A DNA stretch of 58,720 nt, counting the filler, from Sphacelaria rigidula (Eukaryota), in the NCBI GenBank assembly GCA_964200075.2. It is 4 parts of 4 records of this genome, joined end to end, with 100 filler letters (N's around TTAATTAATTAA, not from the genome) between each part and the next. Parts side by side here need not be neighbours in the genome. Positions count along the whole stretch, not along the records: positions 29,414 to 44,018 come from CAXNAA020002150.1; positions 44,119 to 58,720 come from CAXNAA020002151.1; 2 more parts are not named here. One strand, 5' to 3'. Shown here one piece after another: positions 39,780-51,018 of this stretch. The translations under genes were made by a program, and so were the position numbers. The stretch's first letter is position 1. Every line of letters starts with the position of its first letter. The notes under the pieces were generated by a model. It saw only the letters and a list, made by a program, of their open reading frames with translations. It was not told the DNA's origin and did no database searches.

Positions 39780-39862
39780 ATGGCGAGACATCCATGAGGC
39801 ACTGTGTAAGCCGTGGCTATCTCTGGAAGTGGCAATACCAAAAAATGAAGCAACTTATTGGA
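39780..39862 (+). mobile_element. LINE 3'-UTR fragment
   Basis: Matches 58648-58720 and the reverse complement of 14710-14770. Confidence 0.7.
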
Positions 39863-41051
39863 GGCTGACATCCATATGCAATGATAATCAGTATGCTTCG
39901 GGCCGAGCAATTAGAGCACGATGCAGCTCACTCGACATGCGAATCGCCGAACACATCACGGCGCATCACGCTCAATGATTGATTGCAAGCCTGGTCCGGA
40001 AAAAGCCCGGCGTGCTCCGTCCCGGCTTTGTAGGGATGCGAGGTCAACGGTTTTGTGATTACGGCATACAAGATCATGACTACACCCCCCCGCTCACCCT
40101 CCCGCCCCCCTCCGCCTTGAAGTTTCTGTCGGGCTATATCAAAATTTGTGGGTGTTGTGCTAAGTGTTTAACATGCAGAAAATGTCATCACTTCAAACCC
40201 TGGTCAAGAAAAAACACGCGCAGACATGCTCCGGCGTCATGGACTCGATATATAAGTCAATTAGGTTTCGTGAATTACACTGGGCTTCACTTCTTCTCAA
40301 CCATCATACAGACAACCCCACCAACAACGCGGTTTCGTGGTACTTCTTCCTAATAATACGAACTGATAGATAGTATACTGCAATCGTGCAAATATAGTCT
40401 GGCACCGCATCAAATTCGAGCATGCCGCAGTATTTTCATGTAGCTAAAAGGCAGGGGAAAGCAAATATTCGAGGACAAACCTACGCACTGCGGGGGGCAC
40501 AAAAGTTGCTCCCAACCCCGAAAGAAGCGAGGGGGTGCGCCTGCACTCTCCTCCCCCCCCCCCCATCGCCCGCCCGCCCACTCCGACGACTACCGAACCA
40601 ACGTTGATGGTATGGGCCTACCGTATTGATTTCAATCTATGAGCGTCCCTGGTGATACCGTAAAGCCGCCTTTTACGTTGTGGTACTCAGAACAAACACA
40701 TCACGACCCACACGCAGAGTGCGTTGGCTCTCTGTAACTTCCGCGTTCTTCGTCACAAGCTAAAGCTGACCCCTCCGCCTTCCCCCATGACGACTGCGTA
40801 GTCCGAACGAATCGACCCCTCTCTCCCGAGGTTTACCTAAAAAAAAAGACCAGACACCGAAAATCTAACGGCACTTGTGACACAGGCGCTCCGACGCACC
40901 GCGTCTAGGTATCCGATGTGCTGGATGACAAGTTAGCTAGGGCACCTAAGGTAAAAAGGCCTCGAGCTCCTCAAGTTCCACAAGGACCTTTCTCAGTGCA
41001 TCCAGGTACACGATGCCTGTTTGAATTTCTGTCTTATTCTTCCCCTTTTTC

Positions 41052-42080
41052 TCAATAGGTATCCGTCCGTGTCAAACTAACGATGTACTTGATTGCTGCG
41101 CCAATGTCATTACATAAAGCTTTCACGGGTGCCAATATCGTCCGCATATATAGGAGAGCTGACGTCCAGAGGTTCGCCTTTAGAATCCTAAGTTGTTGGA
41201 CCTCCCGCAGTAAATCCGGGGTTCCTATCGAAGCAAATATTTTCCCGATTTCAGCCCAAATGAAATTGAATGAAGCTTTCACATGCCACAAGATCGTCCG
41301 CATGCATTGCTGGAGAGCGAACACCGAGCGCTTCACCACTGACGCGTTGTCTCCCAATCCGCTACTCGCGTCGCTTTCCACTGACGCGTTGTCTCCCAAT
41401 CCGCTACTCGCGTCGCTTTCCAGCTCGAAAACGTTCTCACACGGGAAACATCGGATGAAATCAGAAATTCGTGTTAAGCTCGCCTGTGCCTCGTCGCTCT
41501 CGCCGTCCATGCGCAGGATGCATGGCACATGGGCTTCGCTTTGTTCGAGGATGTTTTCGACAAACTCCACGCCATCATCTCTTTTCTTACTTTGGGCTTC
41601 ATCAGATTGCCTGGGAGAAAAGGCCGACTGACGGCACACCATGAGCTTCGCGCACCGTACACGGTTCAACTGCTTCATCAGCAGGCCGTAACGAGTAAAC
41701 TGTGCAGCGTTTGTCCTTCCCTCGTGAGCCACAAACACCAGTAAATTGATGTACTTCACGCGACGTAATTCTTCGAAAATGGCATCAAAGTGCTTTCGCG
41801 TGTTGGCAGGAGTCCAGTCGGTTATGCTGGGGGTGTCGATAACCGTCAGCAATTTGTTCGTGGATGTGCCGTGCGACACCTTTTCTGTGCATCGCATATG
41901 TCCACCTCCTTCGGGAAAGAATTCTTTGTAGTCGTCGTTACTGACTCCAACGTTGAGCAGGTCATTTCCCAGTCTTGATTTGCCGGCACCAGACATGCCC
42001 AGGAGCATGATGGTGTACTTCTTATCTCGCTTCCAGGGAACGAGCTCCTTACTTTTATATTTTCCTTCGACTGCGAACAT
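41052..42080 (-). CDS. AIG1/GIMAP-like (TRAFAC) P-loop GTPase, uninterrupted 342-codon ORF
   Basis: IMLLGMSGAGKSRLGNDLL (G1), RCT (G2), TVIDTPS (G3 variant), INLLVFV strand, hydrophobic/amphipathic C-terminus. The start could instead be a splice acceptor (pyrimidine tract plus CAG near 42071). Confidence 0.8.
   Translation of the reverse strand: MFAVEGKYKSKELVPWKRDKKYTIMLLGMSGAGKSRLGNDLLNVGVSNDDYKEFFPEGGGHMRCTEKVSHGTSTNKLLTVIDTPSITDWTPANTRKHFDAIFEELRRVKYINLLVFVAHEGRTNAAQFTRYGLLMKQLNRVRCAKLMVCRQSAFSPRQSDEAQSKKRDDGVEFVENILEQSEAHVPCILRMDGESDEAQASLTRISDFIRCFPCENVFELESDASSGLGDNASVESDASSGLGDNASVVKRSVFALQQCMRTILWHVKASFNFIWAEIGKIFASIGTPDLLREVQQLRILKANLWTSALLYMRTILAPVKALCNDIGAAIKYIVSLTRTDTY
41336..41422 (-). 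repeat. Perfect in-frame 42-bp tandem duplication (ESDASSGLGDNASV x2)
   Basis: CCACTGACGCGTTGTCTCCCAATCCGCTACTCGCGTCGCTTT repeated twice. Confidence 0.95.
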
Positions 42081-44018
42081 ATGAGGGCGGACGGGCGGGC
42101 GGGCGTGGACGAACGCCGGGTGTCGATGGTAACGGCATCACCCTACTGCATATCTACCCGTTCGTAGAAGGGGCACCAACACGTTTGCGATAGCGGCTGG
42201 GTCACAAAATGTTGATGTTCAGACGATCCTTTGGCTAAAAATGTCGACGATGTCTCACAAGTAGCAGACCCGTAGTCGCCTAATGGGCCTCATTATCGAC
42301 AAATAAAACAAATGGGAGAAGGTCTGAATTTCAATAACCGTCTAGGGCTCCTTATTATCTATATCTACTGTTGCTGTTAGATTTATCATTATAGATGCTG
42401 CTAATGTCGTTTGCTAGCCTTCGCCGGCAAAATGAAGGGCAGAGTTATGCTACCTGCCCGTGTATTGCGTTCATAAAAGTGGTTAACGTCTTTCTCGCAA
42501 CCTCTGTGACACGGGGGGCCGTTGGACAGGCTAGGGTGTGTTCGACCGGCTCTGTCGGGATGCTGCAGCAACACACCTGAGTAAAAATACCGGCTGTAGG
42601 GCCCCTTGCATAGATTGCAGCATGCTTGCTTTCTGTGAGTTTTATGCGTAGATACACCCAATAGAACCACCAACTATGGACTTTACAGACGGTGCGGTAG
42701 CGTACACTCGTAGCAGCACTGCAGGCAAATAGGTAGCTACTGGATTTTTCTACTCTTCACTTCGAAAGTGCGTATGTCTACAAACGACGACCACCGTGCT
42801 CAACCCCAACAGCTCCAACACCGCTGCCGGGGCACACACCGTCGAAGGAGACAGATACCACCAACCCGCGGTGCTCTTTATTCTACGACATAGCCCAGGG
42901 TGTCACTAGCAAGGTTCCTGATGATTCTCGCACGCTTGCGAGCGCCACGGCGTGCGCAAAGGGCAGCTCTGCGGAGTGTTGCGCTGCGGTCCGAAATATT
43001 CGGCGTTCGCCAAACGTGAAGGCTTGGCGGAAATATATAGCCGCTTCATTATCGGAGAACGCCAAGCGCAAGGTTCAAAAGAGCCTCTAATCTTGGCGAT
43101 CTCCGAAAAACCTGTGTCGATAATAACGGCCCTAACCGACAGAGCAGTTTCGGAGCGGGTGATCGTGTACGGTGCTTCACCTGGCATCTTGCACTGACGG
43201 TTTGCCCAACCTTTTCCAGTGTTAGCATTCTCCATTGGATCCCGACAGGCAGCGCCTCTCACTCTCACATTCAGCGGAGAAATCCGTCAACTCGACTGTG
43301 CCGTGCTGTGCTGCGCGAGCACAATCCCGAAACGCGATCTCTCAAGAAGCCTGCGAATTGCCCCGCAACACACGATAGCACACACGGAAAGCCAAAATAA
43401 CATAGATAGCCACAGGAAGAGAGGAACCGTTGCGGAATCTTCTGTATTCCTCGGGCAGGAAGCATGCTGAATGTGACGATAGGAGATCGAAGGTAAGATC
43501 CGCGGACTGCAGGTTTAGGATTGATGTGTGAGGCTGTTTACTGAAATCAGTTCGCATTGCTGGCCGATCGACGTCAATAATACACTGCCACTCATACCGA
43601 GAATGAGCGGCAACGGCATACCAACGTATTGCTCCTCGCCGTTGCATTGTCTACTTTCTGAATACATTTTCGGTAGGGCTGCGAACTGGACCGGTTTGTA
43701 CTGGCGATTAAACCAGAACTGGAGTTTAACTGGAACTAGTGATGAGGTGTCATAGAGAGGGAGTTAGCTAATGCAGTGGCTGGGGTCTAACAGTATGAGT
43801 GCCGGGAGATAACCATGGTGTCAACCTCACCAAGCTCCCACGTGGGCAAACTCACACAGACCTAGCTATCCTCCCTTGACTTGTCACAATGTAGATTTAT
43901 TCAAGTTCAGACTCTTGATAAGGAACTCACGTGTTTGCTTAGCATCATGTTTTATCTACAAGCAGCTCTCTTACTCAGTACAGCCGCGGGGCAGCCATAG
44001 AAGCAGAGCGTAGTGATG

Positions 44019-44118
44019 NNNNNNNNNNNNNNNNNNNNNNNNNNNNNNNNNNNNNNNNNNNNTTAATTAATTAANNNNNNNNNNNNNNNNNNNNNNNNNN
44101 NNNNNNNNNNNNNNNNNN
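44019..44118. other. Artificial scaffold linker
   Basis: N44-TTAATTAATTAA-N44. Confidence 0.97.
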
Positions 44119-44936
44119 GTGGAGAAATTACTGTTTTGGGCTCGAACCTCATTTCATTGATGAACCTCATTATATAGAATCCTCTGTTACAACCTCATTG
44201 CATTTGGCGTTTAACTAAGGAGCTTGTTCTTTTGCAATTGCGTTTCCCTTCTTGACACCGATTTGCATCCCTGCTCGTCGAGCTGCACGCGTGCAGCTTT
44301 TGTGACAGCTTTTGTTCCCCTCATGGTTTTGTTCGGTTCAGGTATAGTAAGTAGTCAAACCTATATTTTCAGCTCTTTACGGCTTTCTTGGTAGTCGGTT
44401 CTTAAGCTACTGTAAATCTTCTGCCCTGTATGTCCCCTCGTACATAGTACTCATGACTTCCAGCTCTTGCTGCTTGCTGCTTGCTGCAGCGCTTGACGGC
44501 ACACCTTGCCACGCTGGGTCAACGCGCATCGTACGCCAGCCTCGCCTTGCTGTTTTTTGTGTCTTTTTGTGACATATACACCTGTACCTCGCACTGCGGT
44601 ACGTCCCGCATGCACCACGTAACATCCCCTGGTGATTCCGTACAGCGCGATCACACGCCCAGCCATCCCTGGCTCGCGTATTTGGTCTTGCTGCCTCATT
44701 CCTTTTGGCAGAACAAGTCTCCTACTACAGGTTTGTTACAGAACACCAGTGCACAGGGTGCACTGTTTCTCATAGTCAGTCGCTGTTCTTGATCTGAGCT
44801 CTTTGCCAAGTCAGCAATCTGCCGGCTTCATATTTCAGTATCGATTACACGGCTGTTGCATCTTTTGTTCACGAGTCGCTGAGTAACACAACCCGTGCTC
44901 CCAAAGAGGTGACCACGGACGTCTGTACACGAGATT

Positions 44937-45450
44937 TGTAACCGTTCCGGCACTTTCGCTGCGTTGCGATCTACGTCACTCGTAGCTACTTTGTTGTTGT
45001 TGTTCTCTTTTGGTGTACTTCGCACAGCTGTAGCACAGCTCTGTACATCAGCGTGGTAAGTAACAACACACAGCACGACGGACTGTTAGGTTGACCCCCT
45101 CTCGGCCAAATAAGACTGGTGCCGTGATAGCCCCCCCCCCGAACCGGCCAAAAAAGTGCACGGAGGTGAGAATCATAAATGTCGTTAGAGCTGGTTTCGT
45201 GCTGCACGACGCGATTCATTTGGGCGTTATAGCTGATTTCGGATTGCTGCAGGCCTCTCATGTGGGCGAAAATATTGCAAACGAGCACAATAGTGGGATC
45301 GCAGCCGGTTTATCGGGCGGTCTCTGGTGCACTTTTTGTTGGGGGTCTCTCTCAGCATTAGTCATAAAGATTAATTGTTCCGAGATATTTTCGTCGCGAT
45401 AATACTCGTTTGTAACATTCCCGACCTACGTTACGTGGTCACTTAGAGCA
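44937..45450 (+). repeat. Candidate 5' LTR plus PBS of the scaffold-4 gypsy element
   Basis: TGTAAC (44937)...GTTACG (45430-45435) immediately followed by TGGTCAC. No matching 3' LTR is seen. Confidence 0.3.
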
Positions 45451-46410
45451 GACGGCACTCGAAACCAGTGCCCCTTGCCTGTGCTCTACTTTTTTTCGGC
45501 ACCCGCCCTCAGCGTTGCCCCTGCTGCGCACAACTTTAACTTTGTTTCATATATCCCAACTCCATTGTGTAACAAGCTTTCGCCCTGCACTACGCAGTCC
45601 GATCTTGCGCTTTACATCCCAAGCTTTGTAGAAGGTTTTGTGCTGCCCTACGCCGCACGACCTTCCGGTGCTCGTCTAAAGTGTTTATTGAACGCTGCCA
45701 GTGGTTTCTCAGCTTTTGCCGGGATAATACAGTTATAGTCTACCCTTGACGCCACAACCGCAACACGTGTGAGTTGTACTACTTTCACGTACCAACGCTG
45801 CTACAGACAACTGGATTTTCGCCTTTTTCGACGCCGTACGTCTGTTCTGTGCGCAATCCCGAGCTACCGTTGTAGCTATTACCGCCACAACTTAGATAGT
45901 TGTATTGACCACACCCCCGACATTGTTCTTACATACAGCAATTACCTTGAATAATAATACTCGAGTCCATCAGTTAACCAAAGTCCCTCCAGGCGCTATT
46001 AGGCTTCATTATCCCGTATTTCCGGCTATAAGCTTCGGCCGTTACACTTAGCATTTCTTGGTGTCACGCTCCTTTGATTAGAGCCCGACGACCAGGCACA
46101 CTGCTCCTGCCTTTTGAAGTATAGGAGTTGCGTACAACTACCATGTCGCACAGAAATAACGCTGGCTCTTCCCCTCAATTGGGAAACCAATCGCTTCGTC
46201 GGACACGGAGTCAAACCACTGGCGGTTCGAAATGTTTTAATATAAGTGTCACGTCACCTTCAACTCTTCGACACACGTATGCGAGCGCTGTTCGATCTTC
46301 GGCATCTGAAGACCAACTTTCGAGCGACGCTCGTTCTTCGAGGCTTGAAGAAAAGACTATGACGCCGCGACCTGTTCCCTCACGTTCCGACTAGGACTCA
46401 GAGAACAGGT

Positions 46411-49400
46411 ATGTGCCAGCGGCTGAGTCATTGGCTCCTGACGGACATGTCAGTGAACCCCACGGTGGATTCCGTAGCACCACCCTCGCTATGGCCTGTT
46501 CTCCCGAATCCCAATGTGGAATCCGAAGTCAAGATCGTGCCCCCAGCTGAGTCGTTGCCCCTGGACACACGTGTCCAGCTTGGCCCAGTAACGGTTGCTT
46601 CAACCGTGGCACCCCGTCGCATGACGGTTGACAACTCTCGAGACGATTCAGTCCCGACGAAGCGTATCGCTTCTGGAGCAAGAGACTTTGTCACGCGGGC
46701 TGCTTCCGTTACGGACTCCCATCGCACGACTCTCGGTAGTACCGTGCGCCCTACTGCGCAGTCCAATGTCGGACCCGCAGTCGCGGCCGTGAATGCTGCC
46801 CTGCAGACTATGCATCGCACTTCATCGGCGTCGGTGCACTCACCAGCTTCACCTCTCATCGAGTCATTTACGGCTTTTTGCCAGGCCACGCTCCAAGACC
46901 AATTGGCATCTGCTCACGTGCAATTCAACGATGATTCTGCAGCTGCCACGCCGAAATCCATACGTTTGGCGCCCCGATCGGCGACATCGCGTCCTCCGTT
47001 CGTCACTCATGCAAAATTCAACGAACATGAGTCCAGCCCCTCCTCGACTTCAAACCAGAGTCTTGCTAGCGCTCCTGACCGGCGCCGCACACCGACAACT
47101 GGTCACGACCGTGTCACACGTGCTGGCAGTTCAAAGGACAACTCCCAGCAAAGCTTAAATTCATCGCGTATTTTTACACGCCCGAAGAATATTGCTCATG
47201 GTCGCACATACGATGGTAGTTCACGCCACACTTCCAATTCATCGCGCGCTCTGAAGCGCTCGGTGAATGCCAACCGTGACCGTACTCACGAGGATGATTC
47301 GCGGCACAGATGAAGTTCATCGCGCGTTCACTCGCGCTCGAAGAACACCGATCATGCAACCGCGCGCACCCCTCCTGCTCCATATGTATCACGCCGTTGT
47401 CATTTACGCAATGACAGCACTGTACATGCTGACGATATCCAAACTATATTTGCGGACATGTCACCGGCTCTGGAATCCTCAGTTGAGGTATCCGGCCGCA
47501 CTCCATCGCAAAACCGACGACCCCGCAATGACCGCGATTCATCATCCCGTTCCGACGCTGCGGTTATTCGTTCTCTTGAACAACGATTGACAGAACTCGA
47601 GCGACAACTATCAACAATGGCGACCTCAAGATCCACTGCCGCTGCTGCCGCTGCTACCTTGGCTGCTGCGCCTTCTGCCGCCCTCACGACGGCGCCAACA
47701 CCCGCTGCCGCCCCGTCTGCGGTCGATACTGACGCAGATAGTGGTCCAACCACTGACTGGCCCGGTCGCGCATGCCCCCGTGCGCTCGCCCCCATCTGTG
47801 GAGGATCTCCCTCGGCGACGAGCTATGCCCTACTGTCCTCCTCTTGAGGCTGTTCCGGAACCGCCCCCGCGCGGAGCAGCTGGAGCTCATTAAGGATTAC
47901 GCCTCACAAGCCCCAGCACTTGCAAAGGACATCCTCGACCAACAACGAGAAGCTGACGCCGCCGCTGCCCGCCTCCTTGTGGAGTAGCACGGCGATGAGC
48001 AAAAGGATCTCCAGCGGCAGGCTTCCCACGCTCAATGCACGAATGCGGCTGCCCAACGCGCGCTCCAGAAAGGTCGTACTGCTGCCATGGCGGCTCAGAG
48101 ACGGGTGCGGAACCTGGCAGATCATGTCCGACGGACTGCTCACGAAGCGGGTATGTCGGTGGCGCGCTTGACTAACCATCAAGCCTCTCCGCGTTCCGCC
48201 GGCAACCTGCTCAGTGCTCGCCCTCCTCGCCAGCCTTCGGCCCAAACGGCCCAGCCTAAGACCGGTCAGTCGTCTTACATTATCCCACGTCAGCCTGACC
48301 AACAGTCGTACGCCGCTGCCGCTGCCGTCCCCAAGACGGTCCCAACACCACCGCCTCGAGAAGCTAGCTCGGCGGCGAATGTCGGCCCTACACAAGGTCT
48401 GCAACTGGCGCCTCACGAACGAGTGTGGCTTTCTAGTTCCGCGGCCGATCATACCGGTTCTTTCCGCAGAAGCAACCACCTCCGCTGCTCCCGCGAGGCT
48501 TGGACCTTAGTTCCGCAACGCAAGCTCTACGCTATTAGATTTTACGTGGAGCAGGGCGGCTTCTTCTCCGATGAGGGCGTATCGGCACTCACCTTGGGCC
48601 AACTGGTCCTTCAAACGGCTATCGATCATCACCCGCATCACCAGCGTTACGTCGGCGCTGTCACCGATCGTTTTGCGGCGCTACGCGCCTCTTACAATCC
48701 TGATCCCGGCCCCACCATTGCCGACGATGACGAAGATGAAGATGGGTGAACCCCCGCAACTGCCAACTGCAGGGGACACAAGAAGAACCACCGCCGGGAT
48801 GACGACGACAACGATGAAGGAGGCTCACGCCGCTGCCATGGTGGTGAAGGATCCTCTTCGGGCGGCTCCGGACCGAACCGCCCGCCTCGCAACCACCGCG
48901 GCCCGCCTCGCAAGAAAACCGGAGGTAATTCTTCCGGATCTTCCGCGACAGGCTGGAACCGGTCCAGTACAGACCTGCCGCCCTCGGGTCCGGCGACACC
49001 AAGGCAAGCGATCCCTAAATTGGCTGATGTTACGGCCCGCACAATAATAGGTTTTTCCGATACGGACACACCTGGCCGTCCATTATCTTCTACTGCAGCC
49101 CGCGCTTTAGCAACTGCTGCGGCTGACAAAGAACGTTCCGAAGCTAGTGAAAAAGCAGCTTACGATAGAGCCGAGTCTGCTCGAGTAGCTGCAGTACGGA
49201 GACAGTATATTCAGATGGATGTGAAAAAGCTCTAGCACATCAAAACCATGCCTGCTGCAGATAACGAAGATTCGGGCCAGTTTACTTCTTCCCTTATCAC
49301 GTCCATTCGCCGCACCGTTTGTAACATCCTTCACTTGGCGGATGCAACTGGCACACAACGTTCGAAGATTCCGATTGGGTAGAGGGCTGGCAAGCTCCCT

Positions 49401-50561
49401 TGCACAAAGCATTGCATCGACCCATCAGCCGCCGCTCTCCCGACATCGCTGCCTCTTCAACACAGATCCTCGGCGGCTTCCTCGCCGAAACGGATCCGGA
49501 TCGTGCCAAGGGGAAGACAGCCCCGGTATTGCTCTCTAGTTGGGAGAGGCGTTTGATAGGCTACTTTGACAGAAGTGACCAATCCAGCGCCATCCAGACG
49601 GTGAGTTTTTTTGCTGTCGCATCGGACGTCCCCCTCCGCGGAGTATCTCCGCGAATTTAAGCTCTTGGTTTCTGGTACCACGGGTGTCGGACGCCAAAAC
49701 GGACCGAGTGATGCCATGTGTCAGACTTACGTTCGCAATAGCGTAGGTCAACAGTATCCGGCTCTGATGCCGTCATTGTTTCCGGGTGTCTTGGCGCATC
49801 GTGAGGTGCCTTACGCCTCTGTTGATACTATGGGGTCTGCTTTTGTACACCAAGAGGGTAATCTAACGCTCGCCATACGTGGCAAACCTTCTCCGTTTGT
49901 GCATTCACAACCTACGGTTGTATCCTCCGCTCATGCCCAAGGGGCTCGCGGCAGGAATTCGATCTCATCTCGCGCGTCATGGACCCCCGACTCGGTCGCC
50001 GGTTCAGTTATGCATGTTCAGAGTACCAGAGATGCATTCAGCGCGAGTTTTGATGGTTGGCCGCTTTCCGAGGACACTTGGGATGATGTTTATTTGACTT
50101 CAACAGCGGCATTCATTACAGATGATCCCCATTTGTGGAACCCACTACTTTTGTCTTCCGCTAGACGCAATGCCTTTAGCAGTCATGCCAACAGTTGCAT
50201 CAACTGTAGTGTTCAAGGCCACAGTATACGCGACTGCGACAATCCATGCATCAATGCATTTGATCTCATGAACCCTGAATTGCAGGACAATGTACCCGCG
50301 TGGCGCCGATGGCAACAACTCATGCGCGACTACCGCCCACCTGATCGAAATTACCGTAACAATTCGAATCAACGTGGCAACAAAAGCTCTAATCGCGGTC
50401 GCCGACAAAACAACAATCACGCAAGCCCTCGCCAGAACGATAAAAATTCTCGCGACAACAGACGTCCCGCTGATAGACACCTGCGGGCGGGACCGACACA
50501 AAGCTCGAATCCCAACACCAGAAACCCTGGTACCTTCCCTACGGATCGCCTAGATCCATGA
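46411..50561 (+). mobile_element. Long disrupted gag-like region
   Basis: A series of plus-strand ORFs. The last (49611-50561) has a CX2CX4HX4C knuckle (CINCSVQGHSIRDC) and an N/R-rich tail. Confidence 0.75.
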
Positions 50562-50659
50562 CGTGCCGACGCCGGCGTTCTTCGGTCTTTCACGCCGCCA
50601 ACAGCACGAGCGAAGACTTTCCCAACACAGTCCGCGGAGTCTGTGACTAACATTGCTCA

Positions 50660-50826
50660 CCCGACTCCCCCGGCACTATCCAGGAGCGTAACTGACGGCC
50701 GTTCAAATCGACCCTCGTCTCCAACCTCCAAACACTTTTCAGATTGTTCGCCCGGCTCCCCCGGCACTATGCAGAAGCGCAACTGACGGCCGTTCATATC
50801 GACCCCCGTCTTCACCCCTCCACACA
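50660..50826 (+). repeat. Two direct repeats (90-bp period) between gag and pol
   Basis: CTCCCCCGGCACTAT...AACTGACGGCCGTTCA.ATCGACC occurs twice. Confidence 0.8.
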
Positions 50827-51018
50827 CCGCGTAACAGTTGTGTCACCCCGCGACTCAGACCCATATCCGGCTTTGAACTTGGTCCTTCAGTGCCGAGTAT
50901 AAGTCTAAGATGTGGGAATGCCAACCGCCAGTCCCTGAGGTAAAGGCTTCCCTCAGCGACCGCACGCACAGGTAGTAGCAAGCCTTTTTCAGCTGAAACA
51001 AGTGTTGCTGCATCGAAC

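Noticed and set aside
42906-43268. Kinase- or helicase-like VIIDTGFS motif as an upstream GTPase exon
   Set aside because: A single short motif with no supporting domain context.
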